A DNA stretch of 64,000 nt from an uncultured Coriobacteriia bacterium (GTDB lineage: Bacteria > Actinomycetota > Coriobacteriia > Anaerosomatales > PALSA-660). Below are positions 37,450-48,983 of the stretch, in pieces; the first letter of the stretch is position 1, and each line of letters begins with the position of its first letter. The notes below the pieces were generated by a model, which was not told the DNA's origin, did no database searches, and saw only the letters and a list, made by a program, of their open reading frames with translations. The stretch is taken from assembly GCA_963726435.1 (NCBI GenBank), contig CAVSCJ010000004.1:209214-273213 (forward strand), read 5' to 3'. The translations under genes were made by a program, and so were the position numbers.

Positions 37450-37469
37450 GTTAGTTATCGCTCACTAAC
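37450..37469. promoter_or_regulatory. inverted repeat, candidate TetR operator at the exporter operon promoter
   Basis: GTTAGT-TATCGCTC-ACTAAC, perfect 6-bp arms, in an AT-rich patch about 50 nt upstream of the first HlyD gene. Confidence 0.4.
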
Positions 37470-37564
37470 ATACCCGCGTGCGCCCCCGAGTCAACGGCGG
37501 CCAGCGCTCGTGGGCGTCGCAGGGTATCTTCCCCGTGGCGAGACAGAGTGCGAAGGAGGGCGCG

Positions 37565-38013
37565 GTGCCGGGACCGGCGGTCCACTTCCGGTTGACCATG
37601 GGCTGGGCCATCGAGGAGGGCATGTCCGAGGCCGACGCCGAGGCCGCGGGCGTTGCGAACGTGCTCGTGGACGAGAAGTGGCCGGGCGTGCGCAGGCCGC
37701 TGCGGCACTTCAACCCGACCGCTTCGCTTCGTGGTCGCACCGTTCGAGCTTGCGTCGCGCGGTCGCCCTCGCGCGCGAGGGCGACCGCGCGGGCGCGCTC
37801 ACGCACCTCGGCTACTCGCTCCACTCGCGCCAGGACGCGATCGGGCACGGCCGCTTCGGGCTTAACCACCTCGCCTGGGACGTTGGTCTGCTGCGGCGTC
37901 ATCCTGACGTGTGGGAGACGATGCCGCCCTCCGTCCAGGCGCGCATCGAGCGGGCCACCAGGCGAGCGGTACGGCTCTATCTCGATCGCACCCGCTCCAG
38001 CACGGCAGCGTGA
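37565..38013 (+). pseudogene. small zinc-dependent phospholipase C-like / metal-dependent hydrolase-like protein with one frame change
   Basis: GTG 37565 with AAGGAGG 5 nt upstream gives VPGPAVHFRLTMGWAIEEG...RRPLRHFNP. Continuation DRFASWSH...LTHLGYSLHSRQDAIGH... is in the -1 frame (junction near 37716). Family assignment is weak. Confidence 0.45.
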
Positions 38014-38146
38014 CGCAGGCCGGCTTCTGGCGCGGGCGCCCGTCGTGCGGCATACTGTGCGCGGCGCGCGCCTACGGATCCGAGGTCCTGTAGCCGCGCG
38101 TGCGTGCGTCGCCCCAGGGCGCCGCACCCGGTCCGGGAGCGGCTAG

Positions 38147-39487
<1,341 letters not shown>

Positions 39488-39594
39488 GGGCCGGCGGGGC
39501 TCATGTGCTCGCCTCCTCGCCGTCGCGTCGTCGTACAATGCCTGCGTGGGAGGCCGTGCCTTCGCGCGACTTGTTCTCTGGGGGTTTGTGAACC

Positions 39595-40879
39595 ATGCGG
39601 ATTCTGGTCCTTGGCGGCGGCGGCCGCGAACACGCCATCGTCGACTCGCTGCTGAGATCGCACCACAAGCCCGATGTGCTCGTCGCGCCCGGCAACGGCG
39701 GGACCGCAGGCGTCGCGACCAACTTCGCCGACCTCAAGATCGACGACCCTGAAGCGGTCGCGCAGTTCTCCGCCGACCAGAAGGTCGACCTAGTGGTGAT
39801 CGGTCCCGAGGGCCCGCTCGTGGCCGGCGTCGCCGACGCCCTGCAAGCACGCGGGATCAGGGTGTTCGGGCCCGGGGCGCTTGCCGCCCGTCTCGAGGGC
39901 AGCAAGGCGTTCGCGAAGGGGGTGATGCGCCGTCACGGCATCCCCACCGGCGAATCTCGCGCCTTCGCGGACCGCAAGCTCGACCAGGCGGTCTTCTACT
40001 TGGAGAATGCCGAGTACCCGGTGGTCGTGAAGGCCGACGGGCTTGCGGCCGGCAAGGGCGTCGTCATAGCCGCGAACCCGGAGGAGGCCGAGGCGGCGGT
40101 CGCCAAGTGCTTCGACGGCGGGTTCGGCGAAGCCGGCGAGGTCGTCATCGTGGAGGAGTTCCTCAAGGGCCCCGAGTGCTCGCTGCTCGCATTCACCGAC
40201 GGCGTGTGTGTCGTTGCGATGGAGCCGGCGCGCGACCACAAGCGCGCATTCGACAACGACGAGGGCCCCAACACCGGAGGGATGGGCGTCTACTCTCCCG
40301 TGCCGTCGATCGACGAGCTCACCGTCGCCAAGATGGCCGACCTGCTGCAGCAGACCATCACCGGGCTGCTGAAGGAGGGCATCCGCTATCGCGGAGTGAT
40401 CTACGGCGGGTTCGTCCTCACCGAGTCGGGTCCCAAGGTGCTCGAGTACAACGCGCGCTTCGGCGACCCGGAGACGCAGGTGCTGCTCCCTAGGCTGACC
40501 AGTGACCTGGTGGACATCATGATGGCCGTCAGGCGACGGCACTCTGCCCGCCATGAAGCCAGAGTGGAGCAGCGATCAGGCCGTGTCGGTGGTGCTCGCA
40601 TCGGGCGGGTACCCGGGCGAGTACGAGACCGGGAAGGTCATCACCGGCGTGGACGAGGCCGAATCGATGCCAGGCGTGAAGGTGTTCCACGCGGGCACCG
40701 CGATCCGCAAGGACGGGGTGCTGGTCACCTCCGGCGGCCGCGTGCTCGATGTGACCGCGCTCGCCCCCACGTTGCGCGAGGCCAGAGCGCTGGCGTACCA
40801 GGCGGTCTCCAAGATCTCCTTCGAGGGGATGTTCTACCGGAGCGACATCGCCGCGAACGTCTTCGGCTCGGAGGTCTAG
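39595..40879 (+). pseudogene. purD: phosphoribosylamine-glycine ligase with one +1 frame change
   Basis: N-terminal 312 codons in the frame of ORF 39595. The C-terminus (..GDGTLPAMKPEWSSDQAVSVVLASGGYPG...) is in ORF 40553..40879. An extra base at about 40531 makes the track fuse purD to the next gene as a false 883-aa ORF. Confidence 0.85.
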
Positions 40880-42246
40880 TGCTCGCCGAACGTCTGCTGA
40901 CGCCCGTCATCCGCACGCTCAACTCGCGCTATCTCGCACTAGGGCATGCGGATCTCGCCCGGCTCCCGGGCCCTCTGCCCGGTCGCGAGTACCTGCTCTA
41001 CGCGCACGTGCCCTTCTGCCAGCGCCTCTGCCCGTACTGCTCGTTCAACCGATTCCCGTTCTCTGAAGCCCGCGCCGTCCCGTACTTCGACCAGCTGCGC
41101 GAAGAGATGCGCATGGTGGCCGACCTCGGCTACGACTTCGCTTCCATGTATGTGGGCGGAGGAACGCCCACGATAATCCTCGACGAGCTCGCGCGTACGA
41201 TCGATCTGGCGCGAGAGCTGTTCTCCATCAAGGAGGTCTCCTCCGAGACGAACCCCAACCACCTGATCCCGGAGTACGTGGAGGTGCTCGCGCCGCGCGT
41301 CCAGCGCCTCAGCGTCGGCGTCCAGAGCTTCGACGACGGTCTTCTGAAGCAGATGGAGAGGTACGACAAGTACGGCTCCGGCGCCGAGATCCTCGAACGC
41401 ATCCAGGCGACCGCCGGCGCATTCCATTCGATGAACGTGGACATGATCTTCAACTTCCCATCGCAGACCGAGGCGATGCTCCGCCACGACGTGGAGATGC
41501 TGGAGCAGTCGACCTGCAACCAGACGACCTTCTACCCGCTGATGGCGTCGCCGGCAGTCAACCGCGAGCTCGCCCGCACGGTCGGGCCGGTCGACTACAA
41601 GCGCGAGGCACAGTTCTACGAGATCCTTTCGGGACTGCTGTCGGACGCCTTCGAGAACGGCAGCGCTTGGACGTTCTCGCGCAAGGCAGGCGGGATGATC
41701 GACGAGTACATCGTCGACTACGAGGAGTACGTCGGGATCGGCTCCGGGGCGTTCTCGTACCTCGACGGCACACTCTACGTGAACACGTTCTCGCTGCGGG
41801 AGTACGGCGACCAGCTCGGCGCGGGCCGCATGGGCGTCGCGGGGGCGAAGTCGTTCGCAGCGCACGAGCGGATGCGGTACCGGTTCCTGATGGAGCTGTT
41901 CGGTCTCCGGCTCGACAAACGCAAGTTCGAGCGCGACTTCGGGGTGTCGATCGACCGAGGACTGCGCCCGGAGATGGGATTCATGCGCGCGGCGGGGGCC
42001 TTCGACCAGGACGACGACGAGGCGCTGACGCTGACGGCCCGCGGCCGCTACCTCATGGTCGCGATGATGCGCGAGTTCTTCATCGGCGTGAACAACGTCA
42101 GGGACCAGGCCCGCTCGGCCCTGAAGCCCGACGAGCGGGAATTGCTCTTCGGCGAAGGCGAGGGCGCCGCTTGTGACGAGTTCCACGGATCGGTCGCCGA
42201 GGCCGTAGCCGAATCGGAGGCGGCCGGGGATGCGATGCCGAGATGA
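40879..42246 (+). CDS. radical SAM protein, HemN/HemW/HutW-like coproporphyrinogen-III-oxidase family
   Basis: GTG 40879 overlaps the purD stop. LLYAHVPFCQRLCPYCSFNRF CX3CX2C motif and GGGTPT glycine-rich SAM motif. Confidence 0.8.
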   Translation: MLAERLLTPVIRTLNSRYLALGHADLARLPGPLPGREYLLYAHVPFCQRLCPYCSFNRFPFSEARAVPYFDQLREEMRMVADLGYDFASMYVGGGTPTIILDELARTIDLARELFSIKEVSSETNPNHLIPEYVEVLAPRVQRLSVGVQSFDDGLLKQMERYDKYGSGAEILERIQATAGAFHSMNVDMIFNFPSQTEAMLRHDVEMLEQSTCNQTTFYPLMASPAVNRELARTVGPVDYKREAQFYEILSGLLSDAFENGSAWTFSRKAGGMIDEYIVDYEEYVGIGSGAFSYLDGTLYVNTFSLREYGDQLGAGRMGVAGAKSFAAHERMRYRFLMELFGLRLDKRKFERDFGVSIDRGLRPEMGFMRAAGAFDQDDDEALTLTARGRYLMVAMMREFFIGVNNVRDQARSALKPDERELLFGEGEGAACDEFHGSVAEAVAESEAAGDAMPR

Positions 42247-42929
42247 GGCGGACCCCGCGAGAGTGGCTCGCTCTGGGCGTCGCGCTCGTTGTCGCGGGTG
42301 CCATAGTCGCCTTCATGGTCGCGATCTTCGGCTCCGTGCTCGGCCTGCCGCTCCCAGTGACCGTTGCGCTCGCGGTCGCCGCGGTCGCCCTCCTCGCCTA
42401 CCCTCTTGTGCGGGACCCGGCGCCGCCGGCCTCAGCCGATGCGGCCGCCGCAACGGAAAGGACCGTCATGAGTGACGCACCCCTGGTCGGCATCGTCATG
42501 GGATCGCAGTCGGACATGGCAGTGATGGAGGAGTGCGTGCGCACTCTGGAGGGCATGGGGATCGCACATGAGGTGTTGGTCGCATCGGCCCACCGTCAGC
42601 CCGCGAAGGTGCGCGATTGGGCGGCCGGTCTGGCCGATCGCGGCGTGAAGGTCGTCATAGCCGCCGCGGGCAAGGCCGCCCATCTGGCCGGCGTGGTGGC
42701 CGCAGACACGCCCCTCCCCGTGATCGCCGTGCCGATGAAGACTTCGGACCTCGGCGGACTGGACTCGCTGCTGTCGATGGTGCAGATGCCCTCGGGCGTT
42801 CCCGTTGCGTGCGTCGCGATCAATGGTGCGAAGAACGCGGCGATCCTCGCGGCACAGATCCTGGGAACCTCGATACCCGAGTGCCGCGCGGCCGTCGAGA
42901 AGCTGAAGTCCGACATGGCCGGGGCCTGA
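42243..42929 (+). CDS. purE: 5-(carboxyamino)imidazole ribonucleotide mutase, possibly with an N-terminal two-helix membrane extension
   Basis: PurE core from MSDAPLVGIVMGSQSDM (ATG 42468). The ORF is open from ATG 42243 (ATGA overlap with the upstream stop), adding 75 hydrophobic codons. The true start is unresolved. Confidence 0.88.
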   Translation: MRRTPREWLALGVALVVAGAIVAFMVAIFGSVLGLPLPVTVALAVAAVALLAYPLVRDPAPPASADAAAATERTVMSDAPLVGIVMGSQSDMAVMEECVRTLEGMGIAHEVLVASAHRQPAKVRDWAAGLADRGVKVVIAAAGKAAHLAGVVAADTPLPVIAVPMKTSDLGGLDSLLSMVQMPSGVPVACVAINGAKNAAILAAQILGTSIPECRAAVEKLKSDMAGA

Positions 42930-42959
42930 GGACCGTTGGGAGCCGGGATCGGACGGGTC

Positions 42960-43586
42960 ATGCGCATCCTCGTACTCGGGGCGTCGGGTGCCACCGGGCA
43001 GCAGGTCGTCGAGCAGGCGCTCAGCCACGGCCTCGAGGTCGTGGCGTTCGTCCGCGACGCCGGCCGCCTGCCGTTCACTCACGAGCGTCTGACCGTCATA
43101 GCGGGTGACGTCGCCGACTCGGTGGCGCTGCAGACGGCTGTCGCAGGGTGCGATGCCGTGATCTCGACGCTCGGTTCGCGCGGCCAGCGGCCCGTGACCG
43201 TCTACTCCGACGGCATCGCCAACACGATCCGTGCCATGGCAGCCCGCGGCATCCGGCGGCTCGTGGTCGTCTCCGCCGCGGGAGCCGGTGCGGACTCGCC
43301 CGACGTTCCGCTCCGGGTGCGCATGATGCGAAAGATGCCGGGTCTGCGTCCCGTCTACGAGGACATGGAGCGCATGGAAGGCGACATCATGCTCTCCGAA
43401 CTCGACTGGACCATCGTGCGCGCGCATGCGCTCCGCGACGGTCCGCTCACCGGCCTCTACCGGGTGGTCGAGGGCAACTCGGCGCCGAAGGGGGCGCACA
43501 TCTCGCGTGCTGACCTCGCCGCTCTGCTGCTCAAGTGCGCGCAAGGCGACCTGTACGTGAAGAAGGCCGTGGCGGTCGCGTACTGA
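42960..43586 (+). CDS. NAD(P)H-binding (atypical SDR / NmrA-like) protein
   Basis: MRILVLGASGATGQQVV Rossmann N-terminus. Confidence 0.78.
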   Translation: MRILVLGASGATGQQVVEQALSHGLEVVAFVRDAGRLPFTHERLTVIAGDVADSVALQTAVAGCDAVISTLGSRGQRPVTVYSDGIANTIRAMAARGIRRLVVVSAAGAGADSPDVPLRVRMMRKMPGLRPVYEDMERMEGDIMLSELDWTIVRAHALRDGPLTGLYRVVEGNSAPKGAHISRADLAALLLKCAQGDLYVKKAVAVAY

Positions 43587-43600
43587 CGGCCCGTTCGGGT

Positions 43601-44209
43601 TCAGCCTCGCGCGGTGCGACTGGGCAGGGCGGCGGTCTCGATCATCACTCGCATGAGCCCCTTCAGCGCGTGGATCCCCGCTTCGCATTCCTCCGCCGAC
43701 AGCGGCGCGATGCTCGCCCTGCAATGGTAGGCGAGGCACTGGATCGGGCGATCATGCGCGGGCAGTGCGCACCCCTGGGGGGTGCAGTTCGGGCAGTATT
43801 CGGGTGGCGCTGCCTGCGTCGCGGCGGGGTCGCGCAACGGCGGGTAGTCCGTGTGCTTCTCGCGTATCTTCGAGCGCAGGCTGCGTGGCGCCGGGTTCGG
43901 CTGCGAGGGGTCCTGGAGCACCCGGTCGACGATGGAGTCTCGGAAGCGCTCCTCCGTGCAGCAGCCGCCCCGGCACTCGGCGCAGGCCGCCCCGTGCGTC
44001 GCCTGTAGCGCGGCCATCTCGCTCTGAAAGGCGCGCCGGCGCAGGTCGAGCTCCCGCAGGCGCTCGGCGTGTTCGCTCCAGTCGGTGCCACCGCGGCGGG
44101 CTCGATAGGCGGCCGAGTAGCTCGCGTGGAAGTCGACCGCGCGGAACACGGGTCGCGCGAGCGCAAGGAACGTTGCCGCCTGCAGTGCCGAGCGTCGGCG
44201 AGCCGCCAC
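43601..44209 (-). CDS. YkgJ-like cysteine-cluster protein
   Basis: 202-aa ORF. CAECRGGCC cluster plus CPNC...C...C...C motifs. High GC3. Confidence 0.5.
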   Translation of the reverse strand: MAARRRSALQAATFLALARPVFRAVDFHASYSAAYRARRGGTDWSEHAERLRELDLRRRAFQSEMAALQATHGAACAECRGGCCTEERFRDSIVDRVLQDPSQPNPAPRSLRSKIREKHTDYPPLRDPAATQAAPPEYCPNCTPQGCALPAHDRPIQCLAYHCRASIAPLSAEECEAGIHALKGLMRVMIETAALPSRTARG

Positions 44210-44312
44210 GTGTCCTCCTTCGTTGGCGCGCGGTCTGTGGGACCGCGTCGCCGGGGGGTAGGATAGCGTACGGGGGCAGTTCCGGGACTCGTGACCGCGG
44301 CCGGGAGGTCAG

Positions 44313-45041
44313 ATGGCGATCGTAGAGACGGAAGCGCTGCGCAAGACCTACGGCGAGGGCGAGACGCAGGTCTGCGCGCTCGATGGAGTGGACCTGACGA
44401 TGCAGCCCGGAGAGTTCGTCGCTGTGATGGGTCCGAGCGGCTGCGGCAAGTCCACCCTGCTCAACATGGTGGGCGGGCTCGACCGGCCCACCTCCGGGCG
44501 CGTCAGCGTCGACGGGGCGGACCTCACCACACTCGACGACGACAAGCTCACCGAGTTGCGCCGCCGACGCATCGGCTTCGTGTTCCAGTTCTTCAACCTG
44601 ATCCCGGTCCTCGACGCGGTCGAGAACGCCGCGCTCCCGCTCACGCTCGACGGCGACCCCCACGCGAAGGAAACGGCGCGCGCGTGGCTCGAGAAGGTCG
44701 GATTGGGGGACCGCCTGTCCAGCCGTCCCGACCAGCTTTCCGGCGGGCAGCAGCAGCGCGTGACCGTCGCCCGGGCGCTCTCCGCCGAACCCGCGCTCGT
44801 CCTGGCCGACGAGCCGACCGGCAACCTCGACTCGAAGTCGGCCACCGATATCGCGACGCTGCTCAAGCAAGTCGCCACCGAGTGGGGCCGCTCGGTTCTG
44901 ATGGTCACGCACGACCCGAGGATCGCTGCGTACGCGGCACGTCTCGTGCTGATGAAGGACGGCAAGATCGTCGACGACCTGAGACTCGACGGCACCGAGC
45001 ATGCCGCGCGAGATGCGATGGAGCGAGCCGGGCTGCTGTGA
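44313..45041 (+). CDS. ABC transporter ATP-binding protein (MacB/LolD-like)
   Basis: GPSGCGKST Walker A, LSGGQQQRV signature, VLADEPTGNLD Walker B. Confidence 0.93.
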   Translation: MAIVETEALRKTYGEGETQVCALDGVDLTMQPGEFVAVMGPSGCGKSTLLNMVGGLDRPTSGRVSVDGADLTTLDDDKLTELRRRRIGFVFQFFNLIPVLDAVENAALPLTLDGDPHAKETARAWLEKVGLGDRLSSRPDQLSGGQQQRVTVARALSAEPALVLADEPTGNLDSKSATDIATLLKQVATEWGRSVLMVTHDPRIAAYAARLVLMKDGKIVDDLRLDGTEHAARDAMERAGLL

Positions 45042-47570
45042 ACGTCCAACTGACTCTCGCGTGGCGGTACCTGCGCGGCCGCGGAGGGCGCACTGTGCTC
45101 ACCTCGCTGGCGGTCGTGCTCGGCGTCATGCTCATCTTCGGACTCAACGGCCTCACGCCCACGCTTCTGAAGGCCTTCTCCCGCAACCTGGTCTCGACGG
45201 CAGGCAAGGTGGACGCCACGGTGACCAGCCCGTTCGGCGCTTCCTTCTCCCTCGACGTGGCGGCCAAGGTCGCGCGCGTGCCGGGAGTGGAACAGGTCAC
45301 CCCGATGCTCCAGCGGACCGTGCCCCTTCCGCCACGTGTCGGCGTGCCCGCGGCCGACCAGGTCGCGCAGGCCTACGTCGTCGGCGTGGACCCGGGCAGC
45401 ATCCTGCGCGTGCGCGACCTTCCGATCGGAAGCGGGCGCTCGCTGGCGATCGGGGATGGCGACGTCACAGTCCTGGCGTCCGACTTGGCGAAGAGCCTGG
45501 GAGTGAGGCTGGGCGACACGATATCCGTGCCTTCGTCGGTGGGAACGACGAAGTTCACAGTGGTCGGCCTGCTCTCCTCGGCGACAGTCCCGGGTCAGGA
45601 GCAGCTCTTCATCCCGCTCACCGCGGCACAGGCGCTGTTCGCGGAGGGCCAGAACATCAACGAGGTGGACGCCTCGTTCGTCCTCGGCGTCGACCGGGCC
45701 GCCACCGAGGCGGCCGTACAGCGGTCCGTGGGCAAGGACCTGCAGGTCGGCGGGCTGTCCAGCAACAGCTCGCTCATCGCCTCCCTGCAGGTGGCCCAGT
45801 ACTCCTTCAACCTGTTCGGCATCTTCGCGCTGGCCACCGGCGCGTTCATCATCCTGAACAGCTTCCGCACGGTCGTATCCGAGCGTCGTCGCGACATCGG
45901 GATGCTGCGGGCGATCGGCGCCAAGCGCGGCACGATCGTCGGGATGTTCCTTGCGGAGTCGCTCATCCAGGGGATCCTGGGTACCGCCCTCGGCATCCTG
46001 GCGGGGTGGGGCATGGCCTCCGCCGGCCTCGCCGCGCTCGGCCCGATCTTCGAGAGGTACTTCCACACCGCTCCGGGAGCGCCCATCTTCGAGGTCGGCA
46101 CGTGGATCTTCGCGATCACCCTGGGCGTGGGGGTCACGATCCTGGCGGCGCTGATACCGGCCATGGCCGCCGGCCGAGTGACGCCGATGGAGGCGATGCG
46201 CCCGCAGCTGGGCGAGGTCTACGAGCGGCGGGTCGGACGTCGCGCCTGGATCGGCGCGGGCATCGTCGGGTTGTCCCTGCTCATGCTCGCGACCCGCGAC
46301 GCCAGCCATGGTCGGTCTGGGGTCGATCGTATTCCTAGTCGGGATCGCACTGGTGGCACCAGCTGTCGTGAGCCCGCTCTCCGACGTGTTCGGCGGTCTC
46401 ATCGGCGTGGCGTTCGCGCGTGAGGGCGGAATAGCCCGGAGCAACCTTCAGCGCAACCCGGGTCGCAGCGCCATCACCGTCACGGCTGTCATGCTCGGGC
46501 TGGCCACGATCATCGCGATGGCCGGCGTGATCACCTCCATATTCGCCGGCTTCACCAGCTACATCGACAAGGCGATGAGCGCCGATTTCATGTTCCTGCC
46601 GCAATCGATCGTGCTCTCCTCCGGCAACGTCGCGGCGGGCCCGCGTCTGACGGAAGAGGTGCGGCACGCCCCGGGCATGGGCACCGTGACCACGCTCCGT
46701 TTCGGCCAGGGCAAGATAGACGGCGCCTCGGTTCAGGCCCTCGGGATCGACCCGACCACATACGCCAAAGTCGCCTCCTTCGAGTGGACGACGGGCTCCT
46801 CCGAGAGCGCTATCGCTCAGCTCGGGCAGGGTCGCTGGCTCATCGCGAACGGAATCTTCGCTTCCTCGCACGGGCTGGTGGTGGGACAGGCGGTCACGTA
46901 CGACACGCCGAGCGGGCCGAAGACGTACCACGTGGCCGGCATCGGAAACGACTACCTCAACGCCAAGCTCTCCACAACCTACGTGTCGCAGGACAACTTG
47001 GCGCGCGACTTCAACTCCACGAACGACCTGCTGATCATGGGGAACCTGGCCCCCGGCGCCGACAAGGCGCTCACGAAGGCCAGTCTCGAAAGGATCGTCG
47101 CCGACTACCCGGCGTTCAAGCTCTACGATTCCGCCACGTTCAAGACCGAGCAGCTGAGCGTGTTCGACCAGACGATGGGGATCTTCTATGTTCTCGGCGC
47201 CGCCCTGGCGCTGCCGTCGCTCCTCGCACTCGTGAACACGCTCGCGATAAGCGTGCTCGCGCGCACGCGCGAGATAGGGATGCTGCGCGCGGTCGGGTCC
47301 ACGCGACGCCAGGTGCGCAGGATGGTGATGGCGGAGTCGCTGCTGCTCTCGGCCATCGGTACCGCTTTCGGGATACTCGCGGGCATATGGCTCGGGTACG
47401 CGCTCGTCGACGCCATGCGGACCATCGGCTGGCCGATGCCCTACTTCTTCCCGTGGGCGGGCATCCTGCTGACGATCGCCGTCGGCCTGGGCTTCGGCGT
47501 GCTGGCCGCCTACATCCCGGCCCGCTCCGCTGCCCGGCTGAATGTGGTGGACGCGCTGCACTTCGAGTAG
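45038..47570 (+). pseudogene. FtsX/MacB-type ABC permease with two FtsX domains and one frame change
   Basis: GTG 45038 (GTGA overlap). First half in the frame of ORF 44291, second half in ORF 46308..47570. Junction ..GLSLLMLATRDAS | MVGLGSIVFLVGIALVAP.. inside a TM helix near 46300-46308. Confidence 0.8.
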
Positions 47571-47676
47571 GTGCGGCGCCGCCGTCCCGAACCGCTAGAA
47601 TGGCAGTCCGGCGAGCGCGTATGCACGCAATCGCCGCTATCATGCAGTGAATCCGCGATCGCCCCGGGAGAAGGCC

Positions 47677-48900
47677 ATGTCCCAGCGCTACTACGAAGAC
47701 GTCGCCGTCGAGGGCCACCTCATCGACTCGCAGATCGTCTCCAAGATGATGGACGACATAATCGAGCTCGGCGGCGAGTTCGAGACTCTGAGCTTCGAAG
47801 TCGGGCGGACGAACGACGACCCCTCGCGAGCGGTGCTCCGCGTTATCGCTTCCGACCAGGCGGCTCTGGACAACATCGTCACCGCGGTGCTCGAGCATGG
47901 AGCGGTGCCGATCGACCTTTCCGATGCCGAGTGGGCCGCCGCACCGGCGGCCGGCGTCTTCCCGGAGGGCTTCTACTCGACCACCAACATGGAGAGCTGG
48001 GTCCGCATCCGCGGGAGCTGGGTCCGGGTCCCCGGAGCCGAGATGGACCTCGGCATCCGTGTCGACCCGGACGCGGGCGCGGTGGAACTGGTCACGATCA
48101 ACGACGTTCGCTCGGGCGATCTCCTGGTCACCGGGCACAGGGGGGTGCGCGTCATCCCCGTGCAGCGCCCGCGCGAGAAGGGCGCGTTCGAGTTCATGAA
48201 CTCCGCCGTCTCCAGCGAGAAGCCCAAGGCTCAGATCGTGGGCGAGGTGGCCAAGCTGCTGCGCAGGACGAAGCAGGAGGGGAGGCCCGCGATCGCGGTC
48301 GTCGGTCCGGCCGTGGTCCATACGGGCGCCGCTCCGCACCTGGCCCGCCTATTCGAGATGGGCTACCTCACGGTGATGTTCGGCGGCAACGCGGTCGCCA
48401 CCCACGACGTCGAGGCGGCGCTCTACGGCACGTCGCTTGGAGTGCGGCTCGACACTGGTGCGCTCGTGCCGGGCGGGCACGAGCATCATCTGCGAGCGAT
48501 CAACGCGATCCGGGCCGCCGGTGGCTTCCAGAAGGCGGTCGCGTCCGGCGTGCTGACGAACGGGATCATGTACACCCTGGTCAAGACTGGCGCCCCGTAC
48601 GTGCTCGCCGGGTCGATCCGCGACGACGGGCCGATGCCCGGGGTCATCACCGATGCGCTCGAGGCCCAAGCCGCCATGCGGTCGTTCTGCCGCGACGCCG
48701 GCGCCTGCCTGATGTTCTCGACGATGCTGCATTCGATCGCCACGGGCAACATGCTACCGGCCTCCACTACCACGGTCTGCGTCGACATCAACCCGGCCGT
48801 GGTGACGAAGCTGGCCGACCGGGGGTCGTTCCAGACGGTCGGTGTGGTCACCGACGTCGGGCTCTTCCTCGAGATGCTCGCGGACGATCTGGCGAAGTAG
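47677..48900 (+). CDS. TIGR00300 / LOR-SDH-domain family protein (ornithine cyclodeaminase-like)
   Basis: ATG 47677. EGHLIDSQIVSKMMDDIIELGGEFETLSFEVGRTNDDPS N-terminus matches my memory of the archaeal/cyanobacterial family. Confidence 0.75.
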   Translation: MSQRYYEDVAVEGHLIDSQIVSKMMDDIIELGGEFETLSFEVGRTNDDPSRAVLRVIASDQAALDNIVTAVLEHGAVPIDLSDAEWAAAPAAGVFPEGFYSTTNMESWVRIRGSWVRVPGAEMDLGIRVDPDAGAVELVTINDVRSGDLLVTGHRGVRVIPVQRPREKGAFEFMNSAVSSEKPKAQIVGEVAKLLRRTKQEGRPAIAVVGPAVVHTGAAPHLARLFEMGYLTVMFGGNAVATHDVEAALYGTSLGVRLDTGALVPGGHEHHLRAINAIRAAGGFQKAVASGVLTNGIMYTLVKTGAPYVLAGSIRDDGPMPGVITDALEAQAAMRSFCRDAGACLMFSTMLHSIATGNMLPASTTTVCVDINPAVVTKLADRGSFQTVGVVTDVGLFLEMLADDLAK

Positions 48901-48983
48901 AGTCCCCTTCGGGCCACGCCGCGCCTGGCTCCGAATGGAGCGGGCCCGCCAGTGGGTATGACTGTTGCTGGAGGCGAGCGCTC

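Noticed and set aside
39595-42246. 883-aa ORF suggesting a PurD / radical-SAM fusion protein.
   Set aside because: The middle about 115 codons are Arg-rich junk. The genuine PurD C-terminus lies in ORF 40553..40879, one frame over. One extra base near 40531 explains the apparent fusion.
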